A DNA stretch of 64,000 nucleotides from Eledone cirrhosa (GCA_964016885.1 OZ024740.1:218550001-218614000), one strand, 5' to 3'. Positions 42,370 to 56,925 are shown, numbered from the stretch's first letter. Program-made: numbers and translations. Notes: generated from the sequence alone by a model not told the origin.

Positions 42370-43090
42370 AATTGACCCCAATACTGGATTGGCACTTTTT
42401 TTTTTATCGATCTCGAAAGGATGAAAGGGAAAGTTGACCTCGGTTTCATTTAAACTCAGAGAGTAAAGAGACGGAACGAATATCGCAAAGCATTCTATCA
42501 GACGTTCTAACAACTCTGTCAATTCGCCACCTAGTATATGTTAGAATGAATTGCAAATGAACTAGTTTTACTTGCACAAGCTTATAATACCCAGTTTCTA
42601 GTCAGATATAATTAAACTAGACATTCGAAAAAAGAATATTTGCTTCAAATTACATGTTTAAAAATAAAGAGCAGCATACTGTAAAATTAAGCTTATTTGG
42701 TAATTTCGGATTTTAGTGGATTAAATTTAAAAGTGGGTTTATGCTATGTTTATATTGATAGAATCAAGAAATGTTCTATATTCACCAGCGATAAAGTACA
42801 ATCTACTAATTTTTCAGCTGATACATATTCGACAATGTTACAGAATAAAGAGGTAACTCTTTTGGAATAATTTTATATCATTATGAATATATTTATAAGG
42901 GCGGTGGATTGGCAGTATTTGTAGAGGGTCGGACGCCATGCTTTGACGTATAGAGTTACGGCCCTTGCCATTCTGAGTTCAAATGCCGCCGAGGTTAACT
43001 TTGCCTTTCATCCTTACGGGGTCGATAAAATAAAGTACTAGTGCATTACTGGGTAATTGCTGGCCTTGTGCCTAACGTAGAAACAATTGT
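42370..43090. mobile_element. SINE copies (42370-42530 -, 42899-43090 +)
   Basis: Same core. Confidence 0.8.
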
Positions 43091-45606
43091 AAATATATTT
43101 ATCCTGTTGTCATCCCATGATGCAATCTTCTCTCTTGCGCACTACATCTGATTTCTCTTATATCCAGCTTTTATTTTTCTCAGCTCATCTGTATTTCGTC
43201 ATTTCTGCACACTAACATTATATATCCAACGGAATAAGCTTGGTTCATTTCTTTCTAGCCTTCTGATATCATCACTCGTTTAGTACTCATGTCTCATTGC
43301 CCTGCAGTGTCTCATTTCGTGTGTAGGCCTCATACTGTCTACCCTTTGCTCGTTGCCAACAGAGGTGATAGCTCCGTGAACTTTATCCAACATCTTATTC
43401 TAGCTACTCGGAGCCCCCCTCCACCTCTGCTCAGAAAGTCGTCTAGGTAACAGAAGTTATTAACTACATATGGAGCCTTCCATGGATTAGACATAGTTTG
43501 TGTCAGTGGTACTTTTACTTCTAACTACATTTGTGCATATGTCACAGGAAAAAAATCTCTTTTCTATATTGACCATATGTACGAGTTATTCAAAACTAGT
43601 TATCCGAGAAACATTGAACACCAGGGACCAATAGTAATCAGTTATCTTTAAAAGTTTTAGCGAAAAGCTAAATATTTTCCCATGACATCACTAAAACCTT
43701 TGGCTGTGTCAGGAATTATGAATTGCTTCATAAAGATAAATGACTGACACTAACCACGTGGGTTGCAACTTCCTGTCAGGTGCCTCGTTTGCAGCAGGTG
43801 TTGATAGATGCTTCCTCCGATCACAAACATATCAAATCAGATTTTTTTTTTTTTTTTCTTCCTAGAGCTCACGTATTTTCAGCCCTTTTCCTACTCGACA
43901 TTAACAACCAGTCAGCCAGTCAGATAAGGGAGTTTCTACATAATCATTTGAGATGCTAGAAATAGCAACCAAAACCTCTCAAACCACACGCTACAGTCTT
44001 ATAAAGGGACGCATTAGATACATCGAAAAAAAGCACGGTATGGTCATGACTGGAATCGATTTTGATCATATAAATATGTCTGCTCTATTAGAACCGTCCT
44101 AGGGTTAAACAGCAACAACTGACTGTCATATACGGCCATACTTAATCCTACGTTTGAAGTCGTCCTACATACAGGCTTAAACTTTCCTCTAAAAGACAAC
44201 TACGATGGTGGTTTCACCAACTTAAGTCCATAATCAAACAGTCCTAAATAAATTAACGAACCTAATTAACTCAAGAAAACAAACCCACAACATGGTTTTC
44301 CTGGGTCCCTGAAGATGCCTGGCCAGACAGATCTTTCCAATTTGTTTACATTGGCGACACACTTCCTTAAAATAAAGTGTTTTTTTTCTTGGTGCATTAA
44401 TAAAGTTTTGTTAGTGACATGAAATTCGAGAAATTAATAAATAAGCAATTGAATGGTATATCATATGTCACCAGTCACGTGCTTAATTGTATTCAGAGAT
44501 ATCAGGTCGTAAATATTCTTCACAGTTAAATATTTGTAAACATTGATCAGATTTGACTTAGTTTCGCAGAACATTTAAGAGATTAAAAACCACAGTGTTA
44601 GGCCGAGCAGTCTCTAAGGCTTCTTATTGTGGGACAAATCTAAAGGTGCTGTTTGTTGTTTTCGGGACATATTCAAGAATCTCTATGAAAATGGTGCTCT
44701 AGTATAACATTAATTATGATGACTAAAATAAGCTTAAACCCTTTTGTGACCATATCAAATACATAATGAAATACATTGTATTCCAATTAATAAAGAAAGA
44801 ATTTTGAGGAGTTTACTAAAATAATTAAGATGTTATTGGTAACATAGGTTCTCATATAAAAGTATGTTGAAATGTTTTAATTTAAATAGGAACCCATTTA
44901 TAATGGGAGTTTGTTTTATAAACCGTGGGGTGGATTGGTATAAAAGGAATGAAACAGTCTAAGAACTTTTCACAGCCCAATTACTGGCCATCTGGTGAAT
45001 GCCACTTGACAAAATCAGGCCTGCCAACCTCTAAAAGCCCAAGCAGGGAGTACCATGAGAAAAGGGTCCCAAACCGGGGAGAAATGAGGCAAAGTGGGGA
45101 GATTTTACGTAATGAAAGCTCTACTCATTTTCACAAGAGAAGACATCTCTCACCCACCCGAAAGTAGGTGGGAGATCTCCCCGTCGGACAGGGAGAACTG
45201 ACACGTCTGCAAAATGAATGGCTAAGGTATTTACTACACAATCATGACGCTCTTGGATGGATCCCACCGTGGATAAGTGTCTTTTACAATAGTCTCAGGT
45301 TTACTCAAGCCTTGCGAGAGAAATTGAGTACAGTAACCTCACAACAAGATATTCCTCTTTTCCAGACGAACTGGCTTAAAAGTGGAGAGTATATTTCATG
45401 CCACTAACAATGTCGTTAAGTGTGTGTATATGTATATGTATGTGTATGTGTATGTAAATGAGCTGACACGGATAGGTAACTTGAGAGGAAGTTATGTAAA
45501 TTAGCGGATTTATGGGTAAATACAGAGAAACAGATAGACAGATACACATATACATATATATATATAAATATATATATATATACACATACATATATGTCTA
45601 TATATG

Positions 45607-45670
<64 letters not shown>

Positions 45671-45698
45671 TGTAGACATATATGTATGTATGTGTATG

Positions 45699-45738
<40 letters not shown>

Positions 45739-45808
45739 CACATACATACATATATGTCTACAAGTGTATATATATATATACATACACATACATACATATG
45801 TCTACATG

Positions 45809-45846
<38 letters not shown>

Positions 45847-45868
45847 CACATACACATACATATATGTC

Positions 45869-45934
<66 letters not shown>

Positions 45935-45962
45935 CACATACATACATATGTCTACATGTATG

Positions 45963-46002
<40 letters not shown>

Positions 46003-46030
46003 CACATACACATACATATATGTCTACATG

Positions 46031-46094
<64 letters not shown>

Positions 46095-46173
46095 CACATA
46101 CATACATATATGTCTACATGTGTATATATATATATATATATATATACAAACACATACATAGATATATGTCTAC

Positions 46174-46204
<31 letters not shown>

Positions 46205-46457
46205 CAGAGAGAGAAGAGAAAATATTTGTTATGGTCTGTTAGATTGTTAGACAGACAGACAGATAGAGAGAGATCAGTTTCTCCCTGCTTATCTTCCTAT
46301 AACACATTTCCAATACTTAGAAATTAAATGTGAGGAGGAGGATTTTCTTTTTTCTTTTTTCTAACCCCAATTACCATTTCAATCTGATACTAACCTTTCC
46401 TTCTCTTCTTCTCAATCTAACTACTTATCTCTCACTCTCTTCCTCTCTCGCTCGCAC

Positions 46458-46552
<95 letters not shown>

Positions 46553-46557
46553 AATAA

Positions 46558-46699
46558 ATTATCGAGAATCGGAATCTCGGCCCACGAAATAACGAAACAC
46601 AATCTTCGAAATGCGTGGCAAAGGGCTCAATAGTTTGGATAAACCAGAGCTATAACTATCGTTTAAATACCAACACATAGAGACAATGCTTAAAATCAT

Positions 46700-46702
<3 letters not shown>
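46558..46702 (-). mobile_element. (TA)n-embedded repeat, inverted homolog of 2425-2570
   Basis: Shared TTATCGAGAATCGGAA.CTCGGCCCACGAAATAACGAAACACAAT. Confidence 0.7.
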
Positions 46703-46773
<71 letters not shown>

Positions 46774-46857
46774 CAAGAAAGTAAGTGTTGGTAGAATCCA
46801 GTACTTCAGTATGCGGATAGGGAGCACTCAACGAAGATATAAGTTCCGGAGTTATAA

Positions 46858-47192
46858 TAGTGACGAAACATAAGTCAATTGCATGAACTCATAATCCTTT
46901 ATTTACTGCTATATATATTTCGATGATAGCCATTGAATGGCTATGACCTCATCAAGCAGTTAGTCATGCCAGCTCTGTGTTTATAGTTTAGATATGCCAG
47001 CTCTGTGTTTATAGTGTAGACATATGTCCCAAGGCTCTGATACCATCAACACTATAAACACAGAGCTGGCATATCTAAGAACTGACTAACTGCCTGATGA
47101 GGTCATAGCCATTCAATGGCTATCATCGAAATATATATAGCAGTAAATAAAGGATTATGAGTTCATGCAATTGACTTATGTTTCGTCACTAT
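46858..47192. mobile_element. Palindromic element with a hammerhead in each arm
   Basis: 46858-46965 versus 47084-47192, with an inner inverted ATGCCAGCTCTGTGTTTATAG. A 3' fragment also occurs at 1538-1580. Confidence 0.85.
47089..47144 (+). ncRNA. Type I hammerhead ribozyme (inverted copy at 46905-46960 with C3T)
   Basis: Stem I ACTGC/GCAGT; CTGATGA; stem II ATAGCCATT/AATGGCTAT; GAAA; TATATA; AUA. Confidence 0.82.
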
Positions 47193-47201
47193 ATATATAT
47201 A

Positions 47202-47236
<35 letters not shown>

Positions 47237-47909
47237 CTGATAATTTCTAAAGAATGTAGAATCTCATCTATATTAAAACTTTTATACTCTGCTATGTATT
47301 GAGTACCTTACTTACTGTGGTTACCTCCGATTCAACCCGGAATAACTTACCTATATATATATGTATCTATGTATATATATATGTATATATAACGGAGGGG
47401 TTGTGGTAAGGAACCAGATGGACCATAACGCACCAGAGTACTCAATACTTAGGGTAGTAGAGTGGGTAATAGGAGAAAGTGTGCATCTGTATGTCTTAAT
47501 TTTGTCCTTAATTACTATTTGTGGTGTTGCTATTCCGCTCATGTTTGCTGTTTAATTCTGGTGTGATGAAAGAGTTTTGACACTATATAAACAATCTTCC
47601 GGTTATCGAACCAACCAACTAACCGGAAGCTTATAGTAAATTGAAGGTGCGTGTGTTTTTATTGGCAGCATGACCCTCCCAAAGTATAACAATATCTGTT
47701 TCAACACATGTTTTCAGATAAGAAATCTCGCAAAAAAATTCAAAAACGAATTATATATATATATATATATAAGCAGAAGGGATATTCAATTTGTTGGTAA
47801 TTCAACAAATATAAATGTTTATAACTGATTCAGAGCACTCGACAAGTTTTCTGGAGTATAATATTCAATGATATTAAATAAATGGAAACTATATTTATAA
47901 AACCATATT

Positions 47910-47970
47910 TATTCTATTATATATATTTCAAGGGTACCAAAACTTTGGTACGCTTTCATCAGATAAAATA
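47910..47970 (-). ncRNA. Type I hammerhead ribozyme
   Basis: Minus strand reads TATTTTAT-CTGATGA-AAGCGTACCAAAGTTTTGGTACCCTT-GAAA-TATATA-TA-ATAGAATA. Stem II differs from the 4833 copy but keeps its pairing. Confidence 0.8.
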
Positions 47971-48349
47971 CAAAGTTTGTTTTATAAATGTTGACATAAC
48001 CATAACGGTTCAAGTTTTTCTTGGATAGTGAAGGAAAAGAGAAGAAAAGTCAGATATTTCAAATTATTAAGATGAGTATGCAAATGAGGTTGAGGTATAG
48101 GGATGAAAAAACGTTATTTTAGACGCTATGCAGAATTTAAATAATTAAGATATATGTATGTATGAGTAGGAAGAAGAAAAAAAAAGAAAGAAGAGCTTGT
48201 ATTTACGTTAATTTAAAAGGAATTAACAATTTGCGGTAATGATGGAATATGATTCCAGAATTTAAATTTGTTTAGCTATATTATGAGTTATAATATTGTA
48301 TATATAATCAATTAGATTGTATATATACATATATATATGTATATGTATA

Positions 48350-48453
<104 letters not shown>

Positions 48454-48504
48454 TCCATTCGAATTTAATATTATATGCTGCAGATAAACGAAATTTATTA
48501 ATCT

Positions 48505-48550
<46 letters not shown>

Positions 48551-48670
48551 GAAAAGTATAGAAATTATTGTAGCAAGAAGCCAACAGTATTCCATAATAT
48601 ATGTGACTATAGCGTCAAAATTGAAAAATAGTTAACCTAAGATGTGGGAAAATAATTCATATATATATAC

Positions 48671-48711
<41 letters not shown>

Positions 48712-49592
48712 CGAGGTGTGTTAGAAAAGTTCCACGACTGATGTCTCAAAAGATTTATTTCAAACCCAAACTTCACACTAAGAGTTTTCTCCTTCAAAGT
48801 AATCCTCCTGGAGTATGTAACTAATCTTAGCTCTCTGCAGCGATCAAACTTTTTTCTTTATAATTTTATATACATGTCCTCTGTTTTAGGTCGTCAAGCA
48901 ATGAGCACAGAGCAACGAACAAACTTGAAGTTTCTGGTACGGTTGGGTAAAACTGCGTCAAAAGCACTGGGATTGCTGCAGCAAGTGTATGGAGATGAGA
49001 CGATGTCACGCTCACGTGTTTTTGAGTGGTGCAAGATGACCCCACGAACGGAAGGCCATCAACAACCAGGACTGAGGTCAACGTTGAGCGCGTCAGGCAG
49101 ATGGTGGGTAGCGATCGTCGGATGACTGTTCGACTGATGGCAAATGAGCTAGGCATGAATCGGGACAGCGTTTGGAAGATTCTCACTGAAGATTTGGACA
49201 TGCGGAAAGTCTGCGCGAAGATGGTGTCAAAACTGCTGAACGATGACCAGAAGGGTCGACGCTTGCAAGTGTGCCAGGTCATCCTCGAGCGTCTTGAAAC
49301 CGAACCAGACTTGCTAGGGACATTCATCACCGGTGAGTCATGGATCTTCGAGTACGACTCGGAGGGGACCCGTTTTGAAGACGTGGACGACATCAAAAAG
49401 GCCGTGACGACGGAACTGCGGAGGATCCCGGAAGAATCCTTCCAGGAGTGCATGCAAGCGTGGCAGAAAAGGATAGAAAAGTGCATTGGACTCCAGGGGG
49501 ATTACTTTGAAGGAGAAAACTCTTAGTGTGAAGTTTAGGTTTGAAATAAATCTTTTGTGACATCAGTCCTGGAACTTTTCTGACACACTTCG
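48712..49592 (+). mobile_element. Internally deleted mariner transposon
   Basis: TA-flanked; ~100-bp inverted termini (CGAGGTGTGTTAGAAAAGTTCC.. / ..GGAACTTTTCTGACACACTTCG). Confidence 0.92.
48901..49526 (+). pseudogene. Mariner transposase remnant
   Basis: MSTEQRTNLKF..RVFEW, then frameshift, GRPS, RKVCAKMVSKLL, ITGESWIFEYD. Catalytic middle (YSPDL region) is deleted. Ends GDYFEG. Confidence 0.9.
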
Positions 49593-51060
49593 TATATATA
49601 TGTATATGTATGTGTGTGTGTGTGTAATACATTTATATTCCTTATTTTTTTAACTCTAAAATATCCAATTTTATTTTTATTTTTTCCGCGATATATATAT
49701 ATTTTGAAAAATAAAATTCCTCAAATTTTTATCATCACCATTTTATTGTGTACCTGGGGAGATATTGTGATACTATGTGCTGATGCTGATATACAAAGTA
49801 TATACTTTTTTATGAGATGTATTTTGTAATGATATAAATTTAATACCTTTATGCAACAGTTATGCACTCAATGATAGGAAAGCATTAATGAAAATAATTT
49901 TTAAGAGCGTTATTCAACACTGATAAATTCAGTTAACATTTAAAACAAATATTTAAATGATATGAAACTTAACTATGCGTCGCTCCGTGGTTAGGATGTT
50001 GAATTCACGATGAGAACGTCATGGATGTGGTTTGTTCTTGAGCAAGACATATCATTTTACGTTGCTTTTCATGATAGAACTGCAAGCCCTGTATTAAAGC
50101 ACCCGAGAAACCTCCTATGAGATGTAACCTGAGAGAAGTTCAGCTAAAACTGCATAAGTGTGACTGTAAATTTCATTTCAACGTATTTTGGTTGATTTCT
50201 TATATAAAGTCCCTGGTTCGATCCAACTGCGTAGCAGCTTGCTCAAGGTTTTTTTTTGCCCTAGCATCAAGTCGAATCAAGCCTTAGCAGTGAAACTATG
50301 TAGAAAGAAGACTGTTTAGAAATTTGTCGTATGAGCTGTACCTGTAATTTAAAAGGCGGGCTTTGTCACATGTGTTCTGCTAAAGCTTCATAAGAATTAT
50401 GTTATTGGTACACGTGTCTGTGGAATTCTCAACCACTTGTTAATTTCCCCAGTAACCTGTTCCGTTCATCGAACGACTGGAACTTTCACCGTTGAAACCG
50501 ACGAGGCTCCATTCCATTCGATTTTACTCGTCGTCAAGGTAGTTTTTTTTTTTGTAGTTTTTTGTTTTGTTTTGTTTTGTTTTGATTTCTTTTTCTTACG
50601 AATGTACTCAATTTTAAAGGAAGGGTTTACTTCAATGTATTAATTTTAATTCAACAATTTGGCAGCGAATTGCTAGAGGCGTTAGAGCATCTAATTTGCG
50701 TCCAGGGAATTAACTTGCCTTGCATTCTGAGTTCAACTGACACCAGCGCTTAGTTTTGATTCCCGTTCTTCTTGGATCAATAAACCAAAATACCCGTCTA
50801 AGCTGGTTGACTGGCGAAATTTTTAGAGCCGGAAGGGTTGCCTAGTAGTATTTCATATGGCCCTTCAGTTATACATTGGTGTGGGGTTTAGTTTGTTGTT
50901 TCCGGTATTATTTTAGTGTTTTATTTGTGACCGGGGTATTAAGAAAGCTCACGTTTTCTAAATATCCTGCCATTTTCGGCTAAGCCTCAAAACATTTCAG
51001 CACGTCTGCAAACCGTATGTGCAGCATCGTTGCTGAAAGCATATGCACTAACCCATCTGA

Positions 51061-51135
<75 letters not shown>

Positions 51136-51639
51136 CATAGCTGGCTGTAATAAATAGCAGCTTAGAAAATCGGGTAAAAATATCCCCATGAGCGGAAAAA
51201 AAAAGAACCACCAACCGCTACAAAGAACTCCGTATCTCTCAAATTCTGGTCGAGTGATCTAACCATTGAGCTAAGGGACCTCTGACAACAATTTCCTTCT
51301 AAAATAGATGAGAAAATCGAACAGCTTTTGGGTGTAAACAACATTTTATGCAAATTATAGAATTATCAAATCTGTTGGTAGCTATTAAATTCATAGAAAA
51401 TGTTAGAATTTAAGACAAAGATAATTGTTTCTTAAGACAAAGATAATAACTGGAAACACAATCGATTGCTGTATATAATAGCTCAGGAAATTGGGTAAGA
51501 TATGTCTATAGGAGTATTTTATCCTATCTTCTAAGCTATTATTTCCAAGAATCGACTCTGTTTACAGTTATTTTCTGAGAATCCAATATTTTCTATGAAT
51601 TTCGCAAACTACCAAGAGCTCTGATACTTCGATATTCAC

Positions 51640-51800
51640 ACTTCGGCAGGTCTTCTAGAAACTGTTGAAGATTCTTTGGGAGAATGGGACCTATGGTCAG
51701 CTTCTTGCTGCCCAGGTGTCTCTATACGAATTCCCGAATATTTGTGTTCGAATAAATGGTGCTAAATCGAAACCATTCAGCAGACCGTAGTGTAAGAAGG
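51640..51800 (+). pseudogene. RTE-type RT fragment
   Basis: LLKILWENGTYGQLLAAQVSLY..VRINGAKSKPF. Confidence 0.5.
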
Positions 51801-52196
51801 AAAAAGCACTCGACGTCACGTGTATCTTCCATCATGGATATGGTATCTCGTGGGTAGTACAGGAGTTAAATACTTCAATGAAAAACACGTGAACGCCGGA
51901 TTCTAATAACTTCCTTTATTGTTGCACTTAAAGATATATATATATATATATATATATATAAGAAGTCAGATTTGCAGCTTCTTATGAAACTTTTTTAGGA
52001 AAAATGGGCTCTCCAGATCTTAATAACACATACAAACACTCTAGAAACCCAACGAGAGACGAACTTCGTAACAGTAACGAGTTCTTTCGACCAGCGTTGC
52101 CGTTAGTAACCATAAGTTACTCACATAATAATCTCTATCTCTATATATATATATATATATATATCTATATATCTATATATATATATTTTTTTATTT

Positions 52197-52560
52197 TATA
52201 GAAGGAGCTTCTACAGGACTAGTACTGTTTCATTCAGACTCGGAACACTCCCCTAATTACATGCACAAGAACTATGCAAATTACAAAAACTACAGACCCC
52301 GGCCCCCCGACTGACCCACCCCCTCATATCACCACCCCACCCCAGCCCCCCTTCCCATTTCCGTCCCTCCATCTCTCATTATTACCCTCTTTCCTCCCCT
52401 CTATCTCTCATTATTACCTTCTTTCCTCCCCTCCAGAGATCTGAATGAAACAGTACTAGTCCTGTAGAAGCTCCTTCTATAAAAATAAAAAAATTTTACT
52501 CTGCCATGTATTGAGTACCTTACTTACTGTGGTTATCCCCGACTCAACCCGGGACCTACG
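52197..52560 (+). mobile_element. Family B copy with ~200-bp spacer between arms
   Basis: Arms 52197-52240 and 52440-52485 plus family B tail, then (TA)n. Confidence 0.75.
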
Positions 52561-52579
52561 TATATATAATATATATATA

Positions 52580-52617
<38 letters not shown>

Positions 52618-52678
52618 TATATGTATATATATGTATATATATATATATATAGTATATATATATATATATATTATATAT

Positions 52679-52719
<41 letters not shown>

Positions 52720-52746
52720 TATATATATATATATAGTATATATATT

Positions 52747-52818
<72 letters not shown>

Positions 52819-53186
52819 GTATATATATATATATTTATATATATATGTATATATATAGTATATATATATATATGTATATATATATGTATAATGTATATAT
52901 ATATATTATATATATATGTATATATATATAGTATATATATAATATATATATATATATATTCTATATATATATTATATATATATGTATATAGTATATTATA
53001 TGATATTATATTATATTATTATATATTAGTATATATTATATATGTATATATAGTATATATTATGTATATATATAATGTATATATATATGTATATATATAT
53101 TATATATATATATATATTATATATATATGTATATATATATATGATATATATGTAATAGTATATATAATATATATGATTATATATAT

Positions 53187-53231
<45 letters not shown>

Positions 53232-53266
53232 TATATATATATATAATATATATACTATATATAATA

Positions 53267-53466
53267 NNNNNNNNNNNNNNNNNNNNNNNNNNNNNNNNNN
53301 NNNNNNNNNNNNNNNNNNNNNNNNNNNNNNNNNNNNNNNNNNNNNNNNNNNNNNNNNNNNNNNNNNNNNNNNNNNNNNNNNNNNNNNNNNNNNNNNNNNN
53401 NNNNNNNNNNNNNNNNNNNNNNNNNNNNNNNNNNNNNNNNNNNNNNNNNNNNNNNNNNNNNNNNNN
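53267..53466. other. Assembly gap
   Basis: Run of 200 N. Confidence 1.
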
Positions 53467-53650
53467 ATCATCATCATCATCATCATCATCATCATCGTTT
53501 AACATCCATTTTCCACGCTAGCATATATATATATATATTTATATTAAACCAGTATTAAACTTGTAAGACCATTATTCAGCAGAGTACTCTGTACTTGAAA
53601 TAGTAAAGTGTATATTAGAAAGAGTTCTAATATATATATATGTATATGTT

Positions 53651-53845
53651 ATAAAGAGTCGGGACCCTGGCAGCTGAGCTCTTGCCATTTCAACAGCTAG
53701 TTCCAAACTTGACAACTAGTTTCAGACTAGAGTCTGGAACTAGCTGTTTAAACAGCAAGAGCTCAGCCATCAGGCTCATAACTCTTTATAATATAACCAT
53801 ACTCTACTACCCCAAGTATTGAGTACTCTGTTCAGTAATGGTCTA
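53651..53845 (+). mobile_element. Old, diverged family A palindrome
   Basis: Degenerate arms ATAAAGAG..AGCTAGTTCC / GGAACTAGCT..CTCTTTAT plus CCCCAAGTATTGAGTACTCTG. Confidence 0.6.
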
Positions 53846-55159
53846 ACCAGTTTCAAATTGAATCGATCTTGATTTATATATAGGTACTGTCATCATTTTA
53901 CATTTATTCTCCATGCTGGGGTGGATTGGGTGAATCATGATCTGAAACAAGAAAGGTCAGATAACTATGTCATGCTCATATGTTCTATATTTTGACATGA
54001 TTTCTATAGCTGGATGCCCTTCCTAATACCAACCACTTTGCAGAGAACGTACCAAATGTATTCTATCATGATACCTACATTAGGGAAGTTGTCCTATCCA
54101 CTGCAGGCTAAAAGGGACATCACCTTTCTTTGCAGTCTCGGATATCTCACCAAATTTATTTACTTTTAACCTTGCCATGCTTGTACTGGTGGACTGGATT
54201 TTTGTAACATGGTGAGTTGCCAGACATCATGATCCCAGAGAGAGAGAGAGAGAGAGAGAGACGAGAGAGAGAGAGGAGAGAGAGAGAGACGACGAGAGAG
54301 AGAGAGAGAGAGAGAGAAACGCTGGATGGATACATGTTTGTTTGTTTTTTTAATTCTGTTCTTAGTGTTGTCTTATTTCTTCCAGAAACATTAGTAAAGG
54401 TTCCTCTATTTCTTTGGCTAGTTAGACTCTAACTGCTTAATTCTAAATGTCTTAGTTCACCTAGCTGTTAGCAATAGATAACATATCATGTGGCAGTGCT
54501 GTCAAATATATAGCATCATTATTGTCCTCATCATCATCATCATCATCATCATCATAATCCAGGAGATTAGTCTCTAAAAACACTTAATGTCAGCAGACTG
54601 GAGCTAAACAGTAGCCTTTAACAGTAAACCTTGTTAATGGTACAAAAGCCAACAAGGGGTGCTTCTACATGGTCACCAAATTTTCTGGAAGCAGTAGCCA
54701 AACCTACATCTAAAACCATTTAGTAACATTGTTATCTAAATTAAAATCTTCTAACATGATTTTTATATATAAACCATATGTTAAATTACAAGCTTAGTAA
54801 TGAAATAATTAATTTTAGTTAATTTGTCTACATTCCTCATTACTACAATTTATTTCATTAGAAATACAGACATAAAAGGTTTACTACTCTCTCCCCCCCC
54901 CCCCACCCCACCCCCCGCGCCTCTTCTAATACAGCGCCATATATGTTTACAAATGTAAAGCCAATCAAAAGGTTGATCTTGACCCACTTTGCAACATATG
55001 TAGCTCTTTTATAAACTTATGAGTATATAAAAATACAGAAGGCATGTGGCATAGTGGTTACTGTGTTACTGTGAGGTAGTGAGTTCGATTCCAAGACCAT
55101 ATAGTGTGTTATGTCCTTAAGCAAGATGTTTTATTTTACAATTCTCCTTTTTTTCTTCT

Positions 55160-55870
55160 TCACCCATTTATTCCTTGGGAAAACATGGGACAGAGACCTC
55201 AGACACACCTTCCAGCAGGTCCTATCAGAAGCAACTGCTTTCCAATTGATCCAGCTAGATCTCCAAGTGAGACCAACTGAGGGGGATAGATGTTATCCAA
55301 AGATCTTGCTCATGGTCTACCCCTAGGTCTCTTGGTTGTTAGTTTTGCCTATAAAATCTATCCAGGGATTCTTCCTTTAGACATTCTAACCACATGTCTG
55401 TAGTATTGGAGCTGTGATCTCTCCATTCAGAGAAGTAGTGACTCTACCTGGAGTAACCCCATGTATGCACCCTATAAAGTAACATTACTCCAAAACCTCT
55501 TCAGAGGAACCTAGGTTTGGCTGCTTGTATTCATGATCTATTCTTTGGGTCATTATATAAGATTCTTGTCATATGTAAGGGTTGGAATGAATGCCAAATT
55601 AAAGATAGCAAGTTTGACTTTTGCACCAACCTCCAGTATTCTGATGACTGAGTCCTTAAGCTAGGGCATTACTGCCTCAGCTCCTGCATTTCTTGCATTT
55701 AATTCGACCCTCCTGCCTTCCATCACTTGTGAAAATGGCCCCAAGATACTTGAACTTCCCCATCTGCTTCAGTGGAACTCCACTCACATTCAGAGTGCAC
55801 TGCACAGGCTTTGTTGAGAGGACAAGTGTTTTCATTTCTGCGAACCTATTGAGTGCATGTCAGAGATAAC
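55160..55870 (-). pseudogene. Decayed RTE-clade LINE RT
   Basis: LNVSGVPLKQ.GKFKYLGAIFTSDG; an inverted duplicate of this segment lies at 56053-56168. Confidence 0.7.
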
Positions 55871-55975
55871 CTGACAAGTTAAGTAGTACCATGTCATCTC
55901 CATTTCCCTTAGCTGAGGACATTCTATTTCTTTTCATTCAGACCAAACTTTTACAGGACTAGTTCTGTTTCATTC

Positions 55976-56025
55976 TTTCTGATGAGTTCATCACTGAATG
56001 AAACAGAATTAATCCTGCTTTGAAA
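55976..56025 (+). ncRNA. Degenerate hammerhead of the 13741 family
   Basis: CTGATGA 55979-85; stem II GTTCA/TGAAT; GAAA 56000-03; CAG/CTG stem III; cleavage site decayed. Confidence 0.5.
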
Positions 56026-56522
56026 AATGTTTCATTGAGTGACATTGAGTGACAAACACTTGTCCTCTCAACAAAGCCTGTGCAGTGTACTCTGAATGTG
56101 AGTGGAGTTCCACTGAAGCAGGTGGGGAAGTTCAAGTATCTTGGGGCCATTTTCACAAGTGATGGAAGTATTATTTTTGTTGAAGTTGTAATTAAAGGTA
56201 AATTCTTGATGAAGATATTTGGGCGATTTGACCAGCGTAGAGGATATTTAACTGTGGTCACCTCCTGTGGATATTCATCAAGAATATGCCCAGAATTATA
56301 TACACTCTGTTAGCTGTTTTTGTGAACTTGAAGTACACAAATTCGCTTTAATGCCTCTTGAAAAAATATTATTAAGTATTCACTTTGCATGAATAACGCG
56401 CTATAATGCATGTGGTTTTTAATTTTTCTATTTATTAGAAATATAAGACTTGAATTACGCGAATTTGCTTTACGCACCGCATTCACGAACACATCTTCTC
56501 ATAAAAACCGAACACACTGTGT

Positions 56523-56568
<46 letters not shown>

Positions 56569-56598
56569 AAATCAAAAGATGGTTAAAAGTGTTCCATG

Positions 56599-56666
56599 TA
56601 TTTTATTATGCGCATTTCAAAAACAAATATCATGGGATGATATTTGCGTTCTCGTCAGATAAAATA
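56599..56666 (-). ncRNA. Type I hammerhead ribozyme, inverted-arm copy
   Basis: Reverse complement of 60270-60340 with core CTGACGA (change at the variable N7 position). Confidence 0.82.
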
Positions 56667-56888
56667 GGGAGACATGATATGAAGCTTAAAAAACACTTGC
56701 GAGCAGTGAAGTGTTAAATCAACATATGAAAAATAAAATAAGATGGATATATGAGATTGGGAAAAAAAAGGAAAGGGGGGGGGGGGGGTAAGGAAGAGGA
56801 AGAAAGAATATAATAAGAAAAAAAAATAATAAGGAAAGGATGACGGAGGAGGAGTATAAGAAGGATTGATGAGAGAGGAGGAGAAAAT

Positions 56889-56925
<37 letters not shown>

